In this document: in pieces, positions 27,821 through 36,094 of the stretch
Layout: every line of letters starts with the position of its first letter
Numbering within the stretch: position 1 is the stretch's first letter
Virus record (IMG/VR): IMGVR_UViG_3300002446_000068
Coordinates: 1-64,000 of that record
Source of the DNA: a virus
Lineage: Duplodnaviria; Caudoviricetes
Reading direction: 5' to 3' (one strand)
DNA: 64,000 bases
Translations under genes and position numbers: made by a program
The notes under the pieces: generated by a model
The model's input: only the letters and a program-made list of their open reading frames with translations
What the model was told of the DNA's origin: nothing
Database searches by the model: none

Positions 27821-29086
27821 ATGCCTTATCCTGGTGTGCCGGACGACAAAGTTGCCGACATGGAATCTTGCGTCGAGAAAGTAATGGCGGAGGGCAAAGA
27901 CAAGGACTCTGCCATAGCAATTTGCATGGATAGCATTATGGGCTTCACTATAGAAATTGTCCAAGACCCCACCGAAATCAATGCTGTACTTGGTGGTTCC
28001 TATCTTCCCGGGGAACTACTCCGCTGGGAGAACATGGAACTAGCGCGTGCGGAAGTCAACGCCAACCGCGACGAATTGGATGACACCAACATTACCTCCA
28101 TTGCAGAAACCCTCCCCCTCATGCCCATTGACGATGAGCACAAGCAAGACAAGGTAGTCGGCATCTTTACAGCGGCCCGAAACGAAGGAGGGCGCTTGCT
28201 GACGGACGGCATTATCTACGCACGGCGCTATCCCGACATTGCCGAGTTGGTGATGAGCGGGAAAAAGAAGCCCAGTATCGAAGCGTATGCCGATGTCGCG
28301 GTGTGCTCTATCTGCGGCGGCGAGTACCACCGAGCTTCAGAGTATTGCAGCCACTTGAAAGACAAGCACGGCTCGGGGGCAGTGCGCCGGTTCAAGGGGG
28401 ATATGCGTGGGGTCGGTGGGGGGATTGTATGGAACCCCGCCGGTTCTACCGCATCATTCGACTTGGGTTCTGTCTACATGGTGGCCTCCCATGAAGTGGA
28501 GGGGGAGCGCGGCCAAGGACAGGGAGTGGGCGACGAACGGCAAGGGGATGGTGGGACAGACACTTGTGTTTGTCCAGAGTGTGGGGCAGAGACGGAGCAT
28601 CAGAGAGGTACGCCTTGTACTGAACAGCGGTGCCCGAAGTGTGGAGCGGCGATGGCTGGTGAACCCGCCGCCAAAACAGAAGGAGGGCTACAAATGCCAA
28701 CGATTGAGGAAATCCAGTCGCAACTAGACGAGGCTTTGACCAAGTTGCAAAAGTGGGAAGCCGATGGGAGTGAGTTGCAGACAGCCAATGCGAACCTCCA
28801 GACCAGTCTGGACGAGGCTACGGCGAAAGTCGCTGCTCTCGAATCGGACCTTGAGGCTCTGCGCAGTGAGAACAAATCTCTGGTCGAGGCCAACCGTCGG
28901 CACGTGCTGGCGAGTGTTATGACCAGTGAGGAGTTCGATAAGCAGCGGGACGTTGTGATGTCGATGTCCGATGAAGCCGTGACGCTGCTGGCCGCCAAGG
29001 GGGCGAAGGCTCAAAAGACCGAGCCTGCGAAACAGCCCGTTACCAACCTGGACCCGCCCAGCGGCGACCAGGAAATCACGTTGTAG
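27821..29086 (+). CDS. Prohead protease/scaffold protein with Zn-binding inserts
   Basis: Upstream of decoration and capsid genes; IDDEH, PSIEA..CSICG..CSH protease-like region; C-terminal coiled-coil scaffold. Confidence 0.7.
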   Translation: MPYPGVPDDKVADMESCVEKVMAEGKDKDSAIAICMDSIMGFTIEIVQDPTEINAVLGGSYLPGELLRWENMELARAEVNANRDELDDTNITSIAETLPLMPIDDEHKQDKVVGIFTAARNEGGRLLTDGIIYARRYPDIAELVMSGKKKPSIEAYADVAVCSICGGEYHRASEYCSHLKDKHGSGAVRRFKGDMRGVGGGIVWNPAGSTASFDLGSVYMVASHEVEGERGQGQGVGDERQGDGGTDTCVCPECGAETEHQRGTPCTEQRCPKCGAAMAGEPAAKTEGGLQMPTIEEIQSQLDEALTKLQKWEADGSELQTANANLQTSLDEATAKVAALESDLEALRSENKSLVEANRRHVLASVMTSEEFDKQRDVVMSMSDEAVTLLAAKGAKAQKTEPAKQPVTNLDPPSGDQEITL

Positions 29087-29095
29087 GAGGTTCAC

Positions 29096-29551
29096 ATGGC
29101 CCAAGAAGTGTTTATCGGTGATGTGGACGGTCGAGCGTGGCGCGATGGCAAGGAGCTATATGCGTCCGAAACGATTGCACCTGGCCTTTTGTGCATCGTT
29201 ACAGGCGGGTCGAGTGTGGCCCTTGCGGACGCTACCGATCAGCCGGATGGCGTTGCCTACGGCGCTCGCCACCAGGAGTACCGTCCGACATCAAAATCTT
29301 TCGCTAAAGACGAAGCGATGGTCTTGCTCAAGGGCGACTTTGTGTGCTGGTATTCCGCCGACTTTTTCGTCGGGGAAACCGTGCCCACTGTTGGCGACAC
29401 CATCTACTCTGCCGCAGACGGCACGATGGACACGTCCGGCACGTACAAGGTCGGCAAGTGTACCCGTGCTCTCTCGCGTGTCGAGGAAGTGGCTGGGGTA
29501 GGTGCATCCCAGAGCTTGGTCGAAATCCTGTTTGAGATTGGAAAACCATAA
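29096..29551 (+). CDS. Capsid decoration/cement protein
   Basis: Position between protease and major capsid; beta-tulip-like pattern (ETIAPGLLC, VGDTIYSAADG). Confidence 0.65.
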   Translation: MAQEVFIGDVDGRAWRDGKELYASETIAPGLLCIVTGGSSVALADATDQPDGVAYGARHQEYRPTSKSFAKDEAMVLLKGDFVCWYSADFFVGETVPTVGDTIYSAADGTMDTSGTYKVGKCTRALSRVEEVAGVGASQSLVEILFEIGKP

Positions 29552-29562
29552 AGGAGGTAATC

Positions 29563-30507
29563 ATGGCACAGCTTAAAGACGCTATCAGCTTCGACAAGAA
29601 AGCCGGTCAGTTCGTGATCGCCTCCCAGTACAGCCCGGAGAAGGTTGACGCGATGCTCCGGGAGATTGCGTATGAGGCGCAATCGGGCGTAGACATCCAG
29701 GACACCCATGCTATGCTGGCGCAGAACATCGTCGAGCCGATTCGGCAGACGGTTCCGTATGTCGAAATGTACTCGATGTTCTTCACCAAGCAAACCATTG
29801 GGGAGCTTGAGGACAATGCCATTCCTATCGAGGACATCCCGACGGTGGTCTGGGAAACCCACCGAGATGGGCAGGTCATGTTCGTCCGTGCCAACTATCG
29901 TTGGACCCGACCGTCCTTCACCACGTTTGACTATGGCATTGAAGTTTCGTGGGACGACCTGCGCCGTGCTGGGTGGAACTATCTGGAGCGCCAGATGCGT
30001 TATGCAGCCGAAGGTCTGGCCCGCAAGCGTGACGTGAAGGCTCTAGCTGTTCTTGTGGCGGCTATCCCCGATGGCCACGCCGACACTGTGTCCGGTGGGT
30101 CTTTGACCCGCGCATCGGTAAAGAGCTTGCTGAAAGAGGCGGCTACCATCGGATTCCCGATGACCCAATGCCTTGTGAACGCTGGCACTGTTACCGATAT
30201 GGCCGAGTGGACGTTCCCGACTGGGCAACAGGCTCCCGATGGGGCGCAAGACCAGTTGGTCCAGAACTTGTACCTGGGCAGCTACGGCGGGTGCAGCTTT
30301 ATCGCCAACCCCCATGCTTCAACCACTGTGCTGTACTTCAGTGGACCTGCGGTGAACACTGGCTACAACCAGCAACGGGGTTCGTTCAAGACTGCATCGG
30401 ACGTAGACATCCGCAAGAAACTGGACCTGCACGCCGTTTACGACATGGATCACGCCTGGTACGTGGGGAATGGGTACAACCTGCGGTCGCTCACGATCAC
30501 GAGCTAG
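29563..30507 (+). CDS. Major capsid protein (HK97 fold)
   Basis: 314 aa, AAGGAGG RBS, canonical position; MRYAAEGLARKRD backbone-helix pattern. Confidence 0.8.
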   Translation: MAQLKDAISFDKKAGQFVIASQYSPEKVDAMLREIAYEAQSGVDIQDTHAMLAQNIVEPIRQTVPYVEMYSMFFTKQTIGELEDNAIPIEDIPTVVWETHRDGQVMFVRANYRWTRPSFTTFDYGIEVSWDDLRRAGWNYLERQMRYAAEGLARKRDVKALAVLVAAIPDGHADTVSGGSLTRASVKSLLKEAATIGFPMTQCLVNAGTVTDMAEWTFPTGQQAPDGAQDQLVQNLYLGSYGGCSFIANPHASTTVLYFSGPAVNTGYNQQRGSFKTASDVDIRKKLDLHAVYDMDHAWYVGNGYNLRSLTITS

Positions 30508-30528
30508 TATAACGAAGGGAGATTCGAG

Positions 30529-31086
30529 ATGACAAACGTAACAGAAAAAAAGGGCAGGTGGCTCGTCGTCCGGAACTTGACAGTGAATAACCGTCACTTT
30601 CCGCACCCCGATAGGGACGCAAAGGACGACGAGCACCTGAGCCTTGGTTCCTTTGAAGAGGCAATCATCGACCCTGTATGGCTGGACTCACCGTCGTTTG
30701 TACGGCACATTCGCACGGAAGATAATCCAGATGGGTACATTCAGGTCGAGTGGACAGACACGTTGCCCTCCAACAAGTTCAATATCGAGACGATTGTTGA
30801 GGCGTTTACGCGGCTAGAAATGCCGCGTCCGATGGCCCTTCATGCGTACTATATCTGCGCGATGGACCCCATTCCCGACGAGTACGCATCGTTCATCGAC
30901 TTGGAACCGTCGGCAGATAGCGTGCGGCGTTTTGGCCCAACATCCATCACGGCCCATTGGGATTTGTTGAACGACCACCTGCCTTGGTTGCGGGAAGTGC
31001 GTTCGTTGGAACAGAAGTGGCGCAAGCGTGACGCTTTGTTGGCATGGCTTGACGCCCGTATCGCAGAGCTTGAAAGTAGGCGATGA
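30529..31086 (+). CDS. Hypothetical protein
   Basis: Post-capsid ORF with RBS. Confidence 0.7.
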   Translation: MTNVTEKKGRWLVVRNLTVNNRHFPHPDRDAKDDEHLSLGSFEEAIIDPVWLDSPSFVRHIRTEDNPDGYIQVEWTDTLPSNKFNIETIVEAFTRLEMPRPMALHAYYICAMDPIPDEYASFIDLEPSADSVRRFGPTSITAHWDLLNDHLPWLREVRSLEQKWRKRDALLAWLDARIAELESRR

Positions 31087-31886
31087 GCTACGATCTGAAG
31101 GTTCGCGGGATTAAGGATTTCCGGCGTAATGTAGACCGGCTAAAAACCCAAGTGCGTGACCCTCTTGAGGGCAGCGTTGGGTCCAACGCCGTCTTTCGGG
31201 CCAGGTACTATCCAATCTCAAGCGACCCGACGCCGGTGGTGTACACGTCCGGCTCTTTGTCGGCGGACCTGTACACATTGGACCGTGACAGTGGGACGGT
31301 GGTGTTCGACAATGCACCTGCTGTCCAACCTACCATGACATACAAATGGTCAAATATGACCGATGATGAAGTGGTAGACGTTTTGGTCAACGCCTTTGAC
31401 GAGATGGAGAGCCGGTGGCCCAGACGGTTCAAGTTGGTAGATTCGGATGGGAGTGCCGTGCTGTACCCAGAGGATGCCACAGAGGTCAATGTTGTCGATA
31501 GTAGCGGCAACGACCCAACGTGCGGCAGCGACACGTTCTCTACATCATCGGTGGAACGGGCATTCCTGATGGCTTGTGCGCGGTATCGGTATCTTGCTGA
31601 AAAGATGGACCAGGCCGCAGAGCGGGACTTTATGTATAGAGAGGACCGTGGCATTACCGTTGACAAGCGAGAGGTGCCCAAGAACCTGGACCTTGCCCTA
31701 AAGAAAGCGGACGGGGATGTCCAGCGTGCGTTGCGTAGCGCCCAAGTGGGATACTTTGCCACCGGTGCAGGACTGGGCGTTGCCTTGAAGCAGCCTGGGA
31801 CCAAGGACTACTTCACCGACTACGAGTGGCAGACGGATTCTCGGGACCAAGACTACAGGAACACGTATGCTGGGACCGGCAGATAG
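31083..31886 (+). CDS. Putative head-tail adaptor
   Basis: Position and ATGA coupling; MTDDEVVDVLVNA adaptor-like helix. Confidence 0.55.
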   Translation: MSYDLKVRGIKDFRRNVDRLKTQVRDPLEGSVGSNAVFRARYYPISSDPTPVVYTSGSLSADLYTLDRDSGTVVFDNAPAVQPTMTYKWSNMTDDEVVDVLVNAFDEMESRWPRRFKLVDSDGSAVLYPEDATEVNVVDSSGNDPTCGSDTFSTSSVERAFLMACARYRYLAEKMDQAAERDFMYREDRGITVDKREVPKNLDLALKKADGDVQRALRSAQVGYFATGAGLGVALKQPGTKDYFTDYEWQTDSRDQDYRNTYAGTGR

Positions 31887-32340
31887 GCATGAGGTTGAAC
31901 GCACGCTAGCGGGCGTGCGCAACAACTATCGGTCATTCCACATCGCCTACCCGGTTACAGAAACCGAGTGTGGGACGTGTGGCTTTGACGAGTTCACGCA
32001 ATCCGCCCTGGACCCATCGTGCCCGGAGTGCGATGGAATCGGCAAGACCTTTACCTGGGCTACCTTAGAGGTACTGGGGCGGTTGCAGCATTATGATTTC
32101 GTCAAGCTCTCTGCTGCTGGGATTCCCCCGGGAATTGAAGTGGGGGACTTGGTTACGTACACAAGCGGGGACGTGAAAGACTCTATCTTGGAAGCAAGGG
32201 CGTCGCGGTATGGTTATGCCTACATAGATGGAGATACCTACCGCCCATTCTCTATCCAGCCGACAGGGGTCGGGCATGCAGATGAATGGCGGACAGAATG
32301 GAAAAGGACCAAGGTAGATGCCAGAGCTACAGGATATTGA
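31867..32340 (+). CDS. Putative head closure protein with CxxC..CxxC insert
   Basis: Position; CGTC/CPEC motifs. Confidence 0.5.
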   Translation: MLGPADRHEVERTLAGVRNNYRSFHIAYPVTETECGTCGFDEFTQSALDPSCPECDGIGKTFTWATLEVLGRLQHYDFVKLSAAGIPPGIEVGDLVTYTSGDVKDSILEARASRYGYAYIDGDTYRPFSIQPTGVGHADEWRTEWKRTKVDARATGY

Positions 32341-32503
32341 CAAGACCGTAGATTGTGCAATCGCCAAGATTCTAAACTGTCTTGACAATCGTGGCGACGT
32401 GAAGACGATGGTATTGAAGGAGTTAAATGGCATCCGGCGGTACGTCAAGAAACTTGATAGCGGAGATAAGGAAAAAGAAGCGCCTTCTGCTGAACTGCGG
32501 TGA
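32318..32503 (+). CDS. Hypothetical protein
   Basis: 61-aa ORF; overlaps next gene by 77 nt. Confidence 0.4.
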   Translation: MPELQDIDKTVDCAIAKILNCLDNRGDVKTMVLKELNGIRRYVKKLDSGDKEKEAPSAELR

Positions 32504-33233
32504 GCAAATATCAGACAACGCAGCAAATTTCTTGGTGTCGGAGCTTAGGGCAAACACGCCCGGTCCCGACAAGAATCCGCTGAATACCGGGACCCTTTTA
32601 AAAGCGATTACCCAAAAGACAAGGCCCAAGAAAGTCAGAAGTGGGGTGTGGGTAGTCGGTGTTGGCAACCTGAAGAAGCTGGGCAGTTCTGGGACCAATG
32701 CACCCCGCAATACCATCCGAGATTTCCTGAATGACCACCGAGGCCCTTATGAGGCCGAGCTTGCCAAGAAGCAACAGGAGTGGGACAAGAGGCGGCTTGA
32801 GGAAATAAAGGCTGAGGAAGCAGCCAAGAGAGCAGCGCGGGAAGCAAGGCATAAGGCCAAGTTAGAAAGGCGGCGAGCCGAAAAGCGTCGCAAGGCCGAG
32901 CGCAAGATCGAAAAAATCGCCAACGAGATTGCCGACATAAACCAGTCATTGAATTATGTCAATGACAGAATCGACAATGTAGAGAAGCAGTACAAGATTC
33001 TTTGGGATACAGAGGTCAGGCTAAACCCTCCCAAGCAAAGGAAGGGGGAGGCAGAGAAGACATGGCAAGAGCGGGTGGATGCGTACAACCAGAGAAAGGT
33101 AAAGCGGCAGCAGAGGATGGACATTACCCGGAAACGGTTGGATTCCTATCAGGCGCGACGCCGCGAGCTTCTTGAGCGGAAGCGGAAATTGGAGCGACGT
33201 GAGGACAGACTCGCGACAGCATTGGGGTACTAG
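32427..33233 (+). CDS. HK97 gp10-like neck protein N-terminal part plus long charged coiled coil
   Basis: ELRANTP...NTGTLLKAI...VVGVG gp10 pattern, then ~150 aa K/R/E-rich helix. Confidence 0.55.
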   Translation: MASGGTSRNLIAEIRKKKRLLLNCGEQISDNAANFLVSELRANTPGPDKNPLNTGTLLKAITQKTRPKKVRSGVWVVGVGNLKKLGSSGTNAPRNTIRDFLNDHRGPYEAELAKKQQEWDKRRLEEIKAEEAAKRAAREARHKAKLERRRAEKRRKAERKIEKIANEIADINQSLNYVNDRIDNVEKQYKILWDTEVRLNPPKQRKGEAEKTWQERVDAYNQRKVKRQQRMDITRKRLDSYQARRRELLERKRKLERREDRLATALGY

Positions 33234-33259
33234 ACATTCTTGGCAAAATGGTGTATGAT
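33231..33259 (+). promoter_or_regulatory. Possible internal promoter
   Basis: TAGACA-N17-TATGAT. Confidence 0.35.
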
Positions 33260-33261
33260 AA

Positions 33262-33531
33262 ATGGCACAGGGTGGTGGACCGGAAAAAGCCTGGTGGAAT
33301 CTTCCCCCGGGCCTGAAACGAATACTGCAAAGAGAGCGACTTGCTGGAAAGTATGGGGGCGAAAGCGGCGTGGGTGCTGGCAAGGCTCCCTATTTTTGGG
33401 CGCAAGAGCGTGGGAAAGATTCGGCTTCCATCACCGGCCAGTGGTTTGCTTTGGAGTCATGGCTCGCACTTAGAGACAAAGGACAGAAGATACTGGATTA
33501 CAATTTACGCGCAATCCTGTCAGGTAAATAG
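33262..33531 (+). CDS. Possible gp10-like C-terminal part
   Basis: KAPYFWAQERG...ITGQWF resembles gp10 C-terminal pattern. Confidence 0.45.
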   Translation: MAQGGGPEKAWWNLPPGLKRILQRERLAGKYGGESGVGAGKAPYFWAQERGKDSASITGQWFALESWLALRDKGQKILDYNLRAILSGK

Positions 33532-33575
33532 TGGCCGCCCCACTTCTGGCAGATTAGCGGAAGGGCAGAACCCGG

Positions 33576-34115
33576 ATGCAGCACAACCGAAACATTCGTG
33601 TCTCGATAAAAGAGCACGTCAAGACGGCGTTTGAAACCCCCGGCATTGGGGGCTTGAGCGCATTTAACGTCTATGGCGAGAACAATCTTCCCCAAGTCAA
33701 CCCTTCTTTTACCCCGGAGCGGCCCTACCTTTTCCTAGTCGATAGCAACATCCAGCCCACAGTTTTGGACCTGCCCCTCATTGTGTTGGAGATAAGCCCG
33801 ATTGTCAGCAGCGTGACAGAGTTGGGCAGAACGTCAAGGCAGGCTGAACTTAATGCGCACGTCTATGGCCGGAACCGTGGAGAGCGGGACGATCTCGCCT
33901 CTTACCTTCAGGACTATTTGGTTACATCCGGGTCCGGAAACAAAGTCACGGTGCGCGATTATGGCACCAGCGGTACACCCGTGCTCGATATTGGAGAGGT
34001 CCAGGTTCCCGTTGGGGTCTGGGCCATTTCAAGAGTTCCCGAGTTTGTGAGAGATGAGGCCAGCGTCTCGAACGAAAATATCGTCAATTGTGTCGTTCAG
34101 TTCAAACTAAAGTAG
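33576..34115 (+). CDS. Putative tail terminator
   Basis: Directly before tail tube; NAHVYGRNRGERDDLASYL pattern. Confidence 0.6.
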   Translation: MQHNRNIRVSIKEHVKTAFETPGIGGLSAFNVYGENNLPQVNPSFTPERPYLFLVDSNIQPTVLDLPLIVLEISPIVSSVTELGRTSRQAELNAHVYGRNRGERDDLASYLQDYLVTSGSGNKVTVRDYGTSGTPVLDIGEVQVPVGVWAISRVPEFVRDEASVSNENIVNCVVQFKLK

Positions 34116-34125
34116 GAGGCTGAAA

Positions 34126-35136
34126 ATGCCAACAGAACCAACGGATTATGGAAAACTTGGTCACCAATACTATGTGTGGCTTGACAATCAGGGCAGCGGG
34201 GAAGCGGAAATCTACTGCGACCGTGTCCAGAGCTTCGAGCCTACCACAACCATCGGCCTGGAAAAGTCTTACGAATTGGGTCGTAAGGGACCGACAGGCT
34301 CAAGTGAGGACGTGCCCGATGTGCGCGTCACCTGGGAGGAGAACTGGGTCAAGTGGGAACAGGGATTGTACCAGGCCGGAAAGGTCGTAGCGTCCGATAC
34401 GTCCTTCAATCTGGGCGACCTGCTGGACAATGATGACGTGATTATCTACATGGCCGCATCCGACAAGGATGGAACATTCACCCACGAGTACGTTTTCGAC
34501 AAGAGCGCAATCAGCGAAATGGCGATGACGTGGCGGGTGGGTGGCCCCATCACTTGCCGATGGACCCGCGAGGCTGTGAATGGTCGCATCTACCGGCAGG
34601 GCTCTCTTACCCACACCAGCCGTGGAGTACTCGACGATGCCAGCGATGGGTCCATCAACGCCAAAGATGCGCGTCTGTTCATCTTCACGTCTGGCTGCAC
34701 CCCCGCCGCATCGGACCGTGTGTACCGGCTGCAAGGGTTCGACGTGAGTGCCCGTTTCCAGAACTTCTCCGTCAAGGAAATCGGTCGCCGTGACAAAGTG
34801 GGCAGCCTGGCCGATGTGCCGGACGTTACCATGTCGCTGGACATCCAGCCTGGTGACGACCAGCCCTTGGACCGGTTCTTCAACGACACCGGAACCTACA
34901 TCAACCTGATGGTCCCTGCCGCCAAGGATGCCCTGATTCGCATCTACGACCCGGGCGAGGCAGAAGCCAGTTCGGTGCTTGGGGCTATCCACTTGGAGAA
35001 CCTGAAGCCCAGCGGCACGACCCCGGTCCGGGCGCAGGTCCGTGGCCTTGCTACGGCTCGCGTGTCCCTTGAAGTGACGAAAGAGGAAACGACCGATACC
35101 TCTGGGATGATCTGCTACGTCGGTGATATGCTCTAA
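34126..35136 (+). CDS. Major tail (tube) protein
   Basis: AGGAGG RBS, position before chaperone/tape measure; two similar halves (RVQSFE..ELGR / RLQGFD..EIGR). Confidence 0.75.
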   Translation: MPTEPTDYGKLGHQYYVWLDNQGSGEAEIYCDRVQSFEPTTTIGLEKSYELGRKGPTGSSEDVPDVRVTWEENWVKWEQGLYQAGKVVASDTSFNLGDLLDNDDVIIYMAASDKDGTFTHEYVFDKSAISEMAMTWRVGGPITCRWTREAVNGRIYRQGSLTHTSRGVLDDASDGSINAKDARLFIFTSGCTPAASDRVYRLQGFDVSARFQNFSVKEIGRRDKVGSLADVPDVTMSLDIQPGDDQPLDRFFNDTGTYINLMVPAAKDALIRIYDPGEAEASSVLGAIHLENLKPSGTTPVRAQVRGLATARVSLEVTKEETTDTSGMICYVGDML

Positions 35137-35150
35137 CAACGGAGGACAGG

Positions 35151-35855
35151 ATGACTGTTGATTTTCAACTGGACGATTTATTCAATGTGGAGGCGGTGAT
35201 GACCTTGCCGGACGGCAAGGAAGTCGTAGTGCGGGTCCTGACGGAGCCAGAGGTGCAGGAACGGGAAGACTCGGCCCTGCGGGCCTATGAGCGGGAAGAC
35301 AAGAAACTTAGCGACAAAGAGGGGGACGAGTACAAGCGTGTGCTCGCCCCTCTCGATGACGCTACTGTGGACGTGCTCATATCCCTTATCACAGCGGTAG
35401 ATGCAACGCGCTACAGTGTCCGAGTGGCACGGGATTATCCCTTGCGGTTCTTCCCGTATCCTGATGATGCCACCACAGAAGAAAAGATTGCTATCATGCG
35501 GCAGGAAGATGAGCATGAGGCGATGGTCCGCGAAAAGAGGCGCAAAGCGGTTGAGGAACATATGCTCAAGTTCCGCGAGAACCTAAGCCTCAAGACGGAG
35601 GGCGAGTTGCGCACGATGGCCACCAACGCCATTATCAGCGCATCAGCGGACACGGCAAGGCAGAACGAGTTTCAGGTGCAGACCGTCTATCTGGCCTCAA
35701 GACGGGGAGACTCCAAGGGTGCTCCGTTCTGGACTCTGGATGAAGTACGGAATCATGGCAAGGGCGGGTTAAGCGAGCGCATCTACAACGAAGTCTTGAG
35801 CCTGTATGCACAGCTTGATTCTACGGACCCCTGGACGCTTCAAAAAAAACGCTAA
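35151..35855 (+). CDS. Tail assembly chaperone (G-like)
   Basis: Between tail tube and tape measure; ends at slippery A-run. Confidence 0.75.
   Translation: MTVDFQLDDLFNVEAVMTLPDGKEVVVRVLTEPEVQEREDSALRAYEREDKKLSDKEGDEYKRVLAPLDDATVDVLISLITAVDATRYSVRVARDYPLRFFPYPDDATTEEKIAIMRQEDEHEAMVREKRRKAVEEHMLKFRENLSLKTEGELRTMATNAIISASADTARQNEFQVQTVYLASRRGDSKGAPFWTLDEVRNHGKGGLSERIYNEVLSLYAQLDSTDPWTLQKKR
35843..35849 (+). other. -1 programmed ribosomal frameshift site A AAA AAA
   Basis: CAA AAA AAA CGC TAA; -1 frame is open through 36094. Confidence 0.8.
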
Positions 35856-36094
35856 GGGGTGTGTTTTGGAGCATCTTTGAGGGGGGACACCCGGTGCGGG
35901 AAGGGTGGGATGCTCGAAACACGCCCTGGCACTGGGCGCTGCTGCATACGTACCACCAGGTGTGCAAGAACATTCTTGAGGACTGGTCCTTACGGGATGC
36001 AGAGAACCACCCGCCGCCCAAGGATATATGGTTCGACAAGGATGAATTGGAGGCGTGGCGCAAGGATAGGGAACGGGAAAGGGAACATAAGTGA
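35846..36094 (+). CDS. Tail assembly chaperone frameshift extension (GT-like)
   Basis: -1 frame of upstream gene; stop coupled to tape measure GTG. Confidence 0.75.
   Translation, partial: KTLRGVFWSIFEGGHPVREGWDARNTPWHWALLHTYHQVCKNILEDWSLRDAENHPPPKDIWFDKDELEAWRKDREREREHK

Noticed and set aside
34300-35139. 279-aa minus-strand ORF
   Set aside because: Antisense shadow of the major tail gene
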